In this document: piece by piece, positions 10,860 to 26,881 of the stretch | Numbering within the stretch: the stretch's first letter is position 1 | How the letters are laid out: each line of letters opens with the position of its first letter | NCBI RefSeq assembly: GCF_001186125.1 | Contig: NW_014040373.1 | Location: 35,020 to 98,877, forward strand | Origin: Sphaeroforma arctica JP610 | Taxonomy: Eukaryota | Direction of reading: 5' to 3' | DNA: 63,858 bases | The notes under the pieces: model-generated | Seen by the model: the letters and a program-made list of their open reading frames with translations, nothing else | Told to the model about the DNA's origin: nothing | The model's database searches: none | Program-made: the position numbers and the translations under genes

Positions 10860-11870
10860 AGTCAACAAACTTCCTATCACACTAAGGACTCCCCTTAAGA
10901 GGTAGAAGAAATGAATTAGAATTTAGTCCTGTCCAGAAGTAATACACCCTTTATTACTAAAAAGGATAACTCAAAGAGAAGCAGTGAGGACCCGAAGAGA
11001 AAAATGCTCAACGGTCAACGAGAAGACGACAATACACACTGTGGAGGGCAGAAGAAAGAAGAAGAGAACGAGAGCAGAACTCCTCAAATATCAAAAGGAC
11101 CTCGGCTCCACGACCCAGGTAAATATATCGTGGTCCAGAAGTAAGCTGGGCACGTGTCAAGGCGTTACAAGTTTGATTGTGAACTGTGAAGGTATCTCAG
11201 TGAGTGAAAAAATTAGTAGTGTCACCTTGATTAATTAATCAATGTTGCGGACTTTCAACCAAGAAAATGTACTGACGTCAGGGGCCCTACTCTACAACAC
11301 GAGATACATCAATAGCAAGGCACAATACAAATGGTGTGAACATACAGAACAAGCTACAAAAGTATAAAATCACACTAGCTGCGAGTTTATTAGCTCTTGC
11401 ACTTAACTGAGCACCAACGAGTCTCGGGTGATCTAAGGTTAATGGAACCGATTACCAAATTGAAGTGGAATGTTCATTGAACACAGAAATACGCATCGAT
11501 GTTGGAAAGTAAGATCTAGCTATACACTTAAAACAGTGCATCCTAAATGTTACGCAAGAAATTAGACATCACTAAAAATAACGGTAGTCGCTAACAAGAA
11601 CAGCGAGCTCAATTCAGATGTTCAAATCACGCTAGACACAAAGAGGTCGAATTAGATACTCAAATGACACATCATTAGTCACATAAAGAATCAGAAGCTT
11701 AAGTCACAAATAAGACGTAGAAGCATAAATCGAAGGAGGTGTCTGGCTCATCATAACACGATTGAGACACAGGACACTGAGATTGGGTACGATTGCCATT
11801 ATGCAACGACTGTGTACAAAATAGTCATTAGAAAAGTAACAAGGGGGCAACAAGGGAGTTCGATCTTGAT

Positions 11871-12119
11871 CATAGGGATAATATTATTTATTTCAAAAAA
11901 TGGCAAGTATGTATGATACAATGTATGAGCTTATGATATGGCTCTCATAGTCACTGTAGTGGTTCAGGAAAGATTGATGGGAAGAAGTGGTCAGTAAATT
12001 CCCGTTTGAAGCTTGGGCCAAGTGAGTCGACAATGGAAGATATGTGTTGAGTCAATTCGGGCCGGTGTTGACAAAACACTGTTACTATCGAATGTTCCAT
12101 ATATTCGCTTGCTGGCCTA
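11871..12119. mobile_element. Second copy of the 316-bp insertion element (3' end lost in the N gap)
   Basis: ATAGGGATAATATTATTTATTTC...TATATTCGCTTGCTG is nearly identical to 2328-2568. Confidence 0.9.
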
Positions 12120-13638
12120 NNNNNNNNNNNNNNNNNNNNGTGGCTGGTAGTGAACTTGTGGCTACCGGGACAAACAGGGCTGACATAATAGAACACAAAG
12201 CTTGCAAACCAGTATCAATTACGAATTATAACAAGTGATCAACACCACACAACATTGAAGAAGTGTAGCAATAGATTGCACTCGGCGAGACTGTGAGATC
12301 ACACTGGCGACGATTCAAGCAAGAACGGACAAGAGACTGGTAAACCAAGAACATTCATAGTGCAATTTGCATCAAATAAATGAATGAGGGATACCAAGAG
12401 GCCTCGAAGGACGCACATACAAGGAATTACACGTCAAACACCATAAGGTACAGAGTACTAGGAAGATCAAACTGTTCAGAAACACATACAGGAACAAATT
12501 AGTGGAAGTCAACAAAGTACTAGGAAGAAAAATCAGTTCACAAACACAGTCAGAAACAATTAGTGGAAGTCACACCCCAAAAACAATTTGTTCTCCAAGG
12601 TGATACATCCAATTCAAATGGACACTCCAATTCAAGAGTAACCGTCAGACAACCCTAGGCAGATACGCAATTAGAGCAATACCAGACTTAACACGAGACA
12701 AATCTAGGCCCACAATAGAAGTGATACACCGAACGCGCGATATACACGGGTAGAGATGACAATCTAACTCAACAAACACTAGACATCACTAGTCAATGAC
12801 AGATCATGGATTCAGAAGAGGGCACAAACGACCAAGAGACACAAAGAGAATCGACGTTGGAAGTATTAAGCACTCAAAGTGAACAGAACACATTCACTGA
12901 ATCACAGGAGCACGATTACATCCAGGTCTGAGGAACGAACATCAACCAGACAGGTCTAATAATCCGTGAGGCATCTCAACCTAAGCACGGTACAAAAAAA
13001 AAAGGGAACATTCAGTGAGTGTGGTACAAGGGAACATTCTTGGGCAAGTCAAGAAGGAGAAACATTACAAATAACACACACGTATAAATAAGTTCGGTAC
13101 AAGACAATACATCTTCAGTGGACCGAACTTCCACAAGTGACGTCACTATGACCGAATATCTCATTGAGGTCTAATATGAGAATTCACAAGTGACGTCACA
13201 CGTGACGAAATAAGCTTGACTAACAAACACCGTTTTTACACCTCATAAATACAGGGAACAAAGCAACAAGCTATCGTACCATACAGAACAGTATACACTT
13301 CCATCAGAAGTGCAGCAAAGCAACAACACTATAATAGTAGGTAAAATAAATAAATGAAATATTTATTCGTTTGGCTTATTACTAAAGACAAGGGGGTTGG
13401 AGCGCGTATATTCGCTCGAAAATATATCAAGAGACTGTATTAACAATCTACAGTACATACCCACACACCATCGCAGACATCTCAAGATACCAACGACAAC
13501 AAGAGCAGGCGTATATGGTGGTAGGGAAAGAGGTGAAGGCGCTGATGACACTGGAGTCAGACCAGTGGGAGGGGTCCAAGTCCAGGCAATGATTCTGGTC
13601 AGCCTACACCGGCTGGGGTTCCCATACTAGCATCAACA

Positions 13639-13910
13639 ATGCGTCTAAAAATAGACAAGAGTATTTGTCAAGGCAATCACGTTCTGGTGAGTCAGTTTGC
13701 GTCCAAGTTGCAACAAACAGCACCGGTGCCTATACTAACTCTACATAAGGCGAGGGTAGGCATTCATGACCAACAGCCAGAGCGACGCATGCCACTAGTG
13801 GATGCGGAGCTCAGACGACGATATAACCAAGCGATCAACGATTGTGGTGACGATGAGGAAGATGAAATCATTCGAATAAGTCAGTACATTAGTGAGTTAG
13901 AGCTCATACG
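13639..13910 (+). pseudogene. Gag-like pseudogene copy 2, truncated by an LTR
   Basis: MRLKIDKSICQGNH...ISELELIR is homologous to the 9271 copy and stops at the TGTAG LTR boundary. Confidence 0.7.
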
Positions 13911-14240
13911 TGTAGATTTTAAGAATGACTGAAAGATACGACCAAGGGAACAATAGACCTCTTCTCAAGTGCGAATCTCCCCGCTAGGTAAAGTTCCGAG
14001 CTGAAGGACTCGCATTGAGTCTTTATTTGTGTTTATTATTTTCTACACTAGACTCAATTATTATTTAAGTGTTTCACTCACACGCGGGAGTCCCGGTTCA
14101 CCTACTGGTAATCCCGCTTCTATTTCTGATCACTCTATCATCAGAAATATTGGATCCTAGATCCAAAACTCAATATTTGATAATCCTGGGTTTTGGGTTT
14201 AGAATTGGCTTTTTTGATAATTTGGTTCCTAGATGCTACA
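13911..14240 (-). repeat. LTR of family B
   Basis: 330 bp with TGTAG...CTACA termini; direct repeat of 14762-15077. Confidence 0.85.
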
Positions 14241-14760
14241 ATTGGTCTAAGTATGGCATATGATGAGTGCACATCGAGCGCAATTAGTACGTATGTGTTG
14301 TCTATTCGAGTCTACGAAGGGACCGATGGTGTCCATTTGTCCGAAAATGCGGCCGTTATTGATTGTAAGGGGTGAAAGCCCTTCATGTATATTTTGTTCT
14401 TGAGACACGGAACACAGCCTTCAATGTATTTGTTTATATGTTCGTTCTGGCGTGACCATGTATGGCCATCTAGTTGCAGTTTGTTAACTGTTTCTTCGAC
14501 AGTGTAGTGGCCCAAAGTGTGGTATTGATCTATCAGAGTAACTCTATCCTCATATGTGACTGTGGCTAGCTCTGTTGACTCGTCATCAGTTTGTACTGAT
14601 ACAATCGTTTTTGGTCAAAGTATGGTACTGTTGTGCCTATATGACTACTAGTGTGTCCCCCATGGTGTTTTTTTCACAGGCTGTCGTGCCCTCTTTCATG
14701 AACCTGTTGTTCGTGTTCTCAACGATCATCGGGTCTTGTTCTATCAGTTGTAGAGTTTGA
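14241..14760 (-). pseudogene. Family B pol fragment: C-terminal part of the methyltransferase-like domain, HHCC zinc finger and start of the integrase core
   Basis: Minus strand reads LIEQDPMIVENTNNRFMKEGTTACEK(TPW)GDTLVV, then DQYHTLGHY...EGCVPCLKN, then YVLIALDVHSSYAILRPI. Confidence 0.8.
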
Positions 14761-14761
14761 G

Positions 14762-15077
14762 AGTAGATTGCAAGATACGACCGAAGGAAACAATAGTTCT
14801 CTTCTCAAGTGCGAATCTATCAGCTAGGTAAAGACTTAGCCTGAAGTACTCGCATTGAGTCTATTTGTGTTTAGTATTGTCTACACTAGTCTCAAATATT
14901 ACTTAAGCGTTTCTCTTACACAAGGGAGTCTCGGTACCATCTACCGGATCTCCCGCTATATTTCTGATCACTCTATCATCAGAAATAATGGATCCTAGAT
15001 CCAAAGGTCAGTATTTGATAATTCTTGGTTTGAGTTTTGGATTGGGGTTTCTGATAATCTGGTCCCTGGATGTTACA
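14762..15077 (-). repeat. 3' LTR of a family B element
   Basis: On the minus strand it begins TGTAAC right after CTGGGGGC (PPT-like); repeat of 13911-14240. Confidence 0.85.
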
Positions 15078-15554
15078 GCCCCCCAGTGTTATGCTTCTCA
15101 GCCTGCGTAGGACTAGAAAGTGACAACTTATAGTACTTGACTATCTAGAGGTTGTTGTTTTTGTACAGGGAAAAACTTGACCCTTAAGGGGCATAAAATG
15201 AAAAACCTGCCATCATCATCTATTCTTAAATATTACCTATTAAATTAATTTATACTAAATAATAGTAGTTCTCGACCACGCTCATCGGAGTCAGTCTTGA
15301 CCTGTGTTCTCGGTTGATCTCAACTTGGCTTAGGAAAATCTATCTCAATGGTGGCTCTGCAACCGAGTTTTTGGTCTTTATCCCTCTGGTTTGTGGGCAG
15401 AGCATTTTCCAACGTGAGAAAAGAGAGAGTATCCTTGGAGTCAGTGTAACTTGTTGAGTTCCCCGCCTCGTGCGCTTCCTGTTGCTCGCTGATAGTTCAT
15501 CCGTATCTGTTGCTGTTGACTTCGTCGGCCTGGATTGCCTTCGCTTGTGTCTAG

Positions 15555-16435
15555 TACGATGTCGGCATATTGTAAGAATATCAGCATCTGCGATGTCTGA
15601 TTCATGCGTCCAGGTACGCTCCCCGTCTATCCATTGCAGTAGGTGTTCCTGGGATCCATCACCTTTTTTTTTGAATGGTCTATGGTCAAGTATCGAGTAG
15701 AATTGGGTCTCGTCCGATGGTTGTACTTGACTGTTGGTGGTAAATTCTTTTAGCTCACTAGCCTTCTTGACTAGGCCAATTAATTCATCACTGGCCGAGT
15801 TAGAATATTCGGGGGCTTAGTCCCATCAAGGTTACGGACGAAATACCCGCTGTCCTCCTTGCTTACTATCTTGTATAGTCCTCCGTATGGTGCTGTCATT
15901 TTATTCATTTCATCTGGGTAACGAACCATCACAATGTCCCCTTCCTGGAAGTGTACCTATTTCTCTTGGCAGCATTTTTTCTTGATATTGTGCAACAGTT
16001 GCATCTAGTTGTGGCCGTATCGACTCCTCTAGATCCTTCAGTCTTGTTTCCCACGGTATTGTTGTACCGGGTGCACTGACTGGTGTGTTATAGTTGGTAA
16101 GTTAGTTTTGTCGTCGTCCATAGTACACATTGAATCGTGGTGATTTGTGTCTGCGTGATGAACATAGGTTGTGGCCCATTTGAACAAATGGAAGGCGTGA
16201 GCACCAGTTGCCTGGATTTTGTTCAACAAGCTTTCGTAATAAATGTATGAGGTCTCTATGTGAGCGCTCACTTGCTCTCAGTACTTTGGGTTGATATGGT
16301 CTGGACACCAGGTGTTGTGACGGTGCCTGCTCAAAGATTTTCGAGAGTATGTCATATACATATTATATGCCCTGATCCGTTTGTATGACTTTTAGGAAGC
16401 CGTGTTCACACATGATTGGTACTAGTGTTCGTACA
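15555..16435 (-). pseudogene. Family B integrase core, GPY/F region and chromodomain
   Basis: CEHGFLKVIQTDQG; SRPYQPK...SERSHR; MTAPYGGLYKIV; chromodomain QFYSILDHRPFKKKGDGSQEHLLQWIDGERTWTHESDIADADIL at ~15570-15710. Confidence 0.85.
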
Positions 16436-17977
16436 AAATGCATATGTTCATACAAGAATATAGGATAGTAAAGGTCTAAACAATATTTACAACCACTTAA
16501 CGACATAAAGAAGTCGGGTACACATCCTATATATTACCTAAGACCGTTTTACAAAGAGGATACTAAACAAACTCAGACTATCAATCAGATAGGAGAGGGA
16601 TCCAAAGAATCACACAACGGGGTAAATTTAATAGGATAAAATCTTAAAGGACATAAATACGTATGGTACACATCCTATATATAGACATAAATACGTATGG
16701 TACACATCCTATATATATCACTTTAGAAGGTTCCGCAGAAAGGATATCAAACAAACTCCAACTATCAATCACATAGGAGAGGTATTCAAGGAATCACACA
16801 AAAGGCGGAAATCAAAGAGGATGAGATCTCAAACACTACCTGAATAGTAGAACACAAGTCGCTATTAAGACTTCGATATCGATAGTAAATACCAAGGTTT
16901 CTAGAAGTATTATAAAGACAGACAAGAGATTCAAACAGAAACACACCACAACTAGCACAAATAGTACGACAAGCATAGAGATTTAGAGAAGAAGCACACA
17001 TGCTCACTTCTAATTTGACCACAGTCAAGTCATAAACACACACAGAGAAGGTAGATTAGTATAAAAGCACATAAGTATCAAGGATCACAAAAGAAAAGAC
17101 GCTCTAAGATCGATCAAATCTCGGAAATAAGCATCTAATAAATTCCATGACACCAACCAAGTAATCAAGCGAGACACAACTACATAACAGGAAGGATATC
17201 TCGTATACCAGTCATAATGCAAGACACTGGAACAACCAAATCTCAAAAACACAGCTGTAAGGGGTAGAATCAGGAAATCGCTCAGATTCCAAATACGAAT
17301 ATCAAATGTTCCCCACACAGAACAAAGACCATACTATTAACACACAAGCGTGAGATTTAAACAGACGGATTGAAGTGGCAAGAGTAATCAACTCACTACA
17401 AGTTGTACACGAATACCAAGCGCTACTGATAGAACATAAGAAAGTTTATAGTGCGGAGAATCCAGCCTAACATCACACACAAACAAGGGCACAAAAGAGC
17501 ATAGGTCCACAAGCGCACATGCGCACACGCAAGCTGAATAAGCACACACGAGTCGAGGTTCAAAACCAGAAACGAGTAGACAATAGGATATATATTACAT
17601 AATAAAACAGGTGACATTATCACCAACACAGTTCGGTACAAAGACAAAGACAACTAGAGGTTTAGTACAGGACTGAACATCAGGGGTGACGTCAACAAGA
17701 CTCAACTTCCCCAGAGATATCATTAAGACATAACATCTTGGACAGGACCGAACTTCAACAAGCGACGTCACTAGAACCAAACATCTCATTGAGATCACAT
17801 ATGAGAAATTAATTTCTCATATAAAGGAATAAGCACAAGTGACATCACACGTGACAAAATAAGCTTGACTAACAAACACCGTTTTTACACCTCATAGGTA
17901 CAGGGTTTAGGGTTTTAGGGTTTAGGAGTAGTTCTGGTCAGCCTACACCGGCGGGGGTACCCATACTAGCATTAGTA

Positions 17978-19232
17978 ATGCGTCTAGAAATAGCCAAGCG
18001 TATTTGTCAAGACAATACCTTTCTGGTGAGTAGATTTGTGTCCAAGCTGGAATAAACAGTACCGGTGCCGATACCTACTCTACACAAGATGAGGGTAGGC
18101 TTTCACGACCAACAGCCAGAACGACGCATGCCACTCGTGGATGCGGAACTCAGACGACGATATGATTTAGCTTTCAACGACTGTGGCGATGATGAGGAAG
18201 ACGGCCTCATTTAAATAAGTCAGTAGATTTGTGAGTTAGAGCTCATGCGTTCACGCTTAGGCGACCAGATAAATGAACCACCTCTTGCAAAATTACTAAA
18301 GACTTCAGAATTTTCTAAGATGCCTAAAGATAGTTACTTTAGAATGGCAAACTATGAATATCTCATAGAGTTTACTACACAATGTAGCGACCTATTCTTA
18401 GCAAAGTCCATGCAACTGTATCAGTACCCAGCGCTAGAAACAAACCTATTAGATTCCACTAATGCAACAAAGAAGACCAAGTCAGTACTCAATAACTTGA
18501 GAGATTCTGAGACGCATACGACTAAGCACTTCAAGGAACCCGAGCAATTCAATAGGATTATTATTGATATACAGACTCAGAACCCACCCAGTAGACTATC
18601 TGTTGAAGAAGTTTGTCAATGGCATACAGAACAAGAAACTGAACGTCAATGGCGATGTTAGAGAAGCGTTACCGCAACTCAGACAAGGAACCCATACAAT
18701 TTCAGCTACTCAAAGTACAAAGGTACCCAGCACTTAAGTACTACGGACAGCAAACACTGGCGGATACTCTAGTCAAAGAAGATAAGTAACCAGATGGGAG
18801 CGAAGGGCACTTGTCACACATAGAACACACCAAGTTTCATACTATGACCGAGTCACACATAAGAATGGCAGCCGTGATGCAAGGAAAGCGTATGTTGAGG
18901 GATCAAGTGCGAGCGCTAAACAAGCGAAACAACACACAAACAACCGTCCGAACAGAGGATAACACTACCAATGCTAACAAACGCTATAAAACAGACAATG
19001 ATGCAACTAACCAAAACAAAACAATGGGATAGGCACAGGAGAAGAAGGGGGCACGTGAAGAGCGGGCATGTCCCTACTGCCTGGTAATGCCAGCCCCACA
19101 TCGGTTCAGTAAATGTCCCAAGAAAAAGGTGAATCATGCCAATCAGGCTGAGGAGCGGGCAAAGAAGGATGTGCAGTTAGCAAGACTGTCAATTACATCT
19201 GACAAGGTGGAAGACATCATAGAAGGTGATGA
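17978..19232 (+). pseudogene. Gag-like pseudogene copy 3
   Basis: Homologous to 9271-10549 throughout. Zinc knuckle CPYCLVMPAPHRFSKC. Preceded by the same leader as at 6790-7015 and 13110-13280. Confidence 0.7.
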
Positions 19233-19573
19233 TTGTTTGTTTAATACCCCGAAGATGTCGCCAAGAGGCGCCTGCGGCGCCAATAGGCCTAATAAAACGC
19301 CTTTCGGGCTTTTTTTTTCAAGTTTGGCCAGCACACTTACCCTATGCGAGCCTACAGGGCCACAACCCACAGGCCACAGTGCACAGCCGCACAGGGCAGA
19401 GCCCACAGGGCCACAAAATGAAGGAGTATGTATTTATCACTGAAAACGTAGTTATTAGCTAAATGAATACCCTCTTTGAATAAACGTTTCACGGCGCCCC
19501 AGCCGTGTTTTATCACAAACTTTTTTTTGGCGGGAAATATTTCTTTCGACGCAACCAAATGATAGCCTCCTAA

Positions 19574-23677
<4,104 letters not shown>

Positions 23678-23999
23678 ACAAATATAATAGTTTTCGGTAG
23701 ATTATACTTTTACTTCGAAAAGGTATGGGTGGCCAAAGCGAATCAAACGTCACATCCAAGAGAATATTTAGGAATTTACCGTGATGTTTTATAGTTCTAC
23801 TGAATGAACACGCGCAAAATAAGCAATATCTGCTTTGTAAATAATGAATATACATATTTGACGGGTATGTTTTTTGGGCACCAATTGAAGCCCTGAGACA
23901 AGGAACACGACCTTAAGGGTGGTTTATTTCAGTGGTATGTCTCGCTTTACAAAAGATAGGGACTAGCCGTTGCGTTGCGCCCACTGCACATGGGGAGTG

Positions 24000-26634
24000 T
24001 TACACCGCCACGCTGTTTGTCCTCGATGGCAAGCTTGTATTGCTGGGGACACTGCCTCGTGCATTACTGAATATACTGCCTCGTGCGTTGCTGAGTATGC
24101 TGCCTCGTGCGTTGCTGAGTAGGCTGCCTCTAGATTTAGACTTCACCGAAGTCTCATCAGTGCTTGTTTTGCTGCTCCTTGGAGACCACAGCATAGCCCA
24201 GCTATTTTTTCTAGAGGGTTCTTTTTTCGGATTGGGGTGGTCCCACTGTGTGACTTTCTTGATGTGGTTGGCGTAATACACTTCGCCTTCGTCAGTCCGC
24301 ACTTCCTCCCACCCGAACGGCAACACTGTAGCGTAAAAGTGGTATTGGACTAGATCAGAAAATTGCAATTGCCACCACGGTAGATCGTATGTTTCGAATC
24401 ACCCAACACCTTAAACGTGTGAGCTACCGATTTCATGTGTAGCATGTACTGCACCAAACGGTAAAATGGAGGTCATAAGGTTCTCACTTGTTTCTATGTG
24501 TTATTCTCGCTATGTCGTCCCTAATTCAGTGCTTACGCGTTCAATAGTAGCATCAATAGAGGTATTTCATGCTCAGTCAGCATTACGCAATGCACACAAT
24601 CTGCAGATCACTGACAGCATATGTTGCTCAGAAGCATACCTCCTTTCGCCTGCTTCTTCAAAGTCTGATGACGTTTCAAATATATTTCTTCCCTTGGATC
24701 CAGCCAGGTCGTCGTCTTCGTGTGCGGGCTGAATTCAATATCGGTAAGCGTTAGCAAATTACGATACAACTCACAACGGGATAGTGTATAGTGTGAAATT
24801 TGAGGTCGAAGGTTCACAGTAAATGTTCGTATAGAGAATCAAAGTGTCAAAATTGTACATACGCACGGCATCATAGTATAGCTCAAACGTAGACATACTT
24901 GATGAAATAGTTTCTGTCCGTATTGGGGCAGACGCCCTTGTACCATCCTTCCGGCATTTCATCATTAGACCAGGGATACTCGGTGACGGTGGGTACAAAA
25001 TCGTTCTTGATCTTTTCTGGTTGCGGCTTGACACTCCCTTTGATTAGGTCTGATTTGGAGGCAGATAACAGCAATCAAGGGATAAGGGTGATGTTGCGGA
25101 ACCCCGTACGCATGAAGTGATTCCACATGTACTGCAGGTCATCGCATCATGTGCCTATTTGTTCACGCGCCAGCTACTGGATTCACGACTTATTGTAAGT
25201 TGATGCATAGATGGTAAGCAATTGATAGAGAGCCAGTCTAGTTTTGATCTGACAATGGAAAATTTCCCAGAAGCTAGGCACGATACAGTTGCAACGTCTG
25301 CAAACACGTTCTATGGGGTCACTGATATACGATTGATCACTTTACGAAGTTGAATACACATTTGTAGTTCAAGGTGTAGCAGGGCAGCGCCACAAGACAT
25401 ATCGAATCGATACCGACCCCTCACCCTCACCCGGAATATGGAGTGTTGCGACTGTGCAGTGTAGCGGTGACTCATATTCCTCAAACTATACTTATAAATA
25501 CTACCTCACGCTCGTGCCACAGGTAGGGTACGGCAAAATTCACTACGGATTTAGGACTACAGATTATGAGGTACCTGGCGAACTCAGTCAAACGCACCAC
25601 AACAAACATACCGCGCAGTGCAGGATCACGCACAACCTCCAGCGTCAGGCTATTACCAGCCTGCTTCAGCACACTGACGGCGTCCTCGTGACTGACCATG
25701 TAGACGATCACCCCATTCACAGTCAGAATCACGTCGCCAATATCCAGGATATTGGAAGCTGGCCCGTCCGCCATGACGTCTGCCACAACTGTTGTGTTAG
25801 ATAATGGCGTTGTATGATTATAAGGATCTTGGTATCATACGTGAATCAGGGATCCGTACGATTGTATAAAAACAATCAAACGCGCAAGTACGTTTGTTTC
25901 CGCGCCGGCACCCGTTTAGTTTTAAACTCGCATTGTGCATGTGACAAAAGTCGACAAACATAGCCATTACTCTGAATAAGTGACCAATGGGCTGTGCTTG
26001 CAATTCAGGCAGTGTCGTAGGCGACAAAGGACAGCTTGTATTCTATGCAATTAAAAAACCCCCACTTTTATGCAATGAGAACGCACTATTTCACCAGGTA
26101 ATCGTATGCTCAGCATGTCTCAAACTTACGTATAGGTAGACCGTATTCCAGTCCCCCTTTGATACTGATGCCGAGACCAGCCGTTCCTACATCCACATGG
26201 ACTGTTCGCGAGTTGTGCAAGTACTCGTCGTATGCTCTGGGCTGAGGCATGTGGTCTCTAAGTGAACCCATAAGACTTTCATGGTACTCTCGCTCGGTCA
26301 GGTAGTACTGGTCGTCACTGACGTAGCTGTGTGAAGGAAAGGATGACACTTCATCTGGTCAAAAAAGGATATATTGGGCAGACATGTATACAAAAAGTAT
26401 ACGTGCTGTAAAATAAACATTATACTATGTAATGCATATAAATCCGGAAACAAACGTAGGTGCGACTATTGTACCGCTCAGAACAAATTAATGATTGTAT
26501 GTATATATTCACACTCACGTGGCGGAGGTATACTGAAAGCCGTGTATATTTACGTCCAAATTGAAGCATATCAAAGGCCTGTTCAGAGCTATATAGACAT
26601 ACAAATCTGGATGTACTGATATACATAAATACAT

Positions 26635-26685
<51 letters not shown>

Positions 26686-26747
26686 TACACACAACACACA
26701 CACACACACACACACAGAGACACAGACACAGATACACATACACACAT

Positions 26748-26782
<35 letters not shown>

Positions 26783-26850
26783 GATGCACACACATACACA
26801 CACATACACAAACACGCACACATTTTATATATATATATATATACATATAC

Positions 26851-26881
<31 letters not shown>

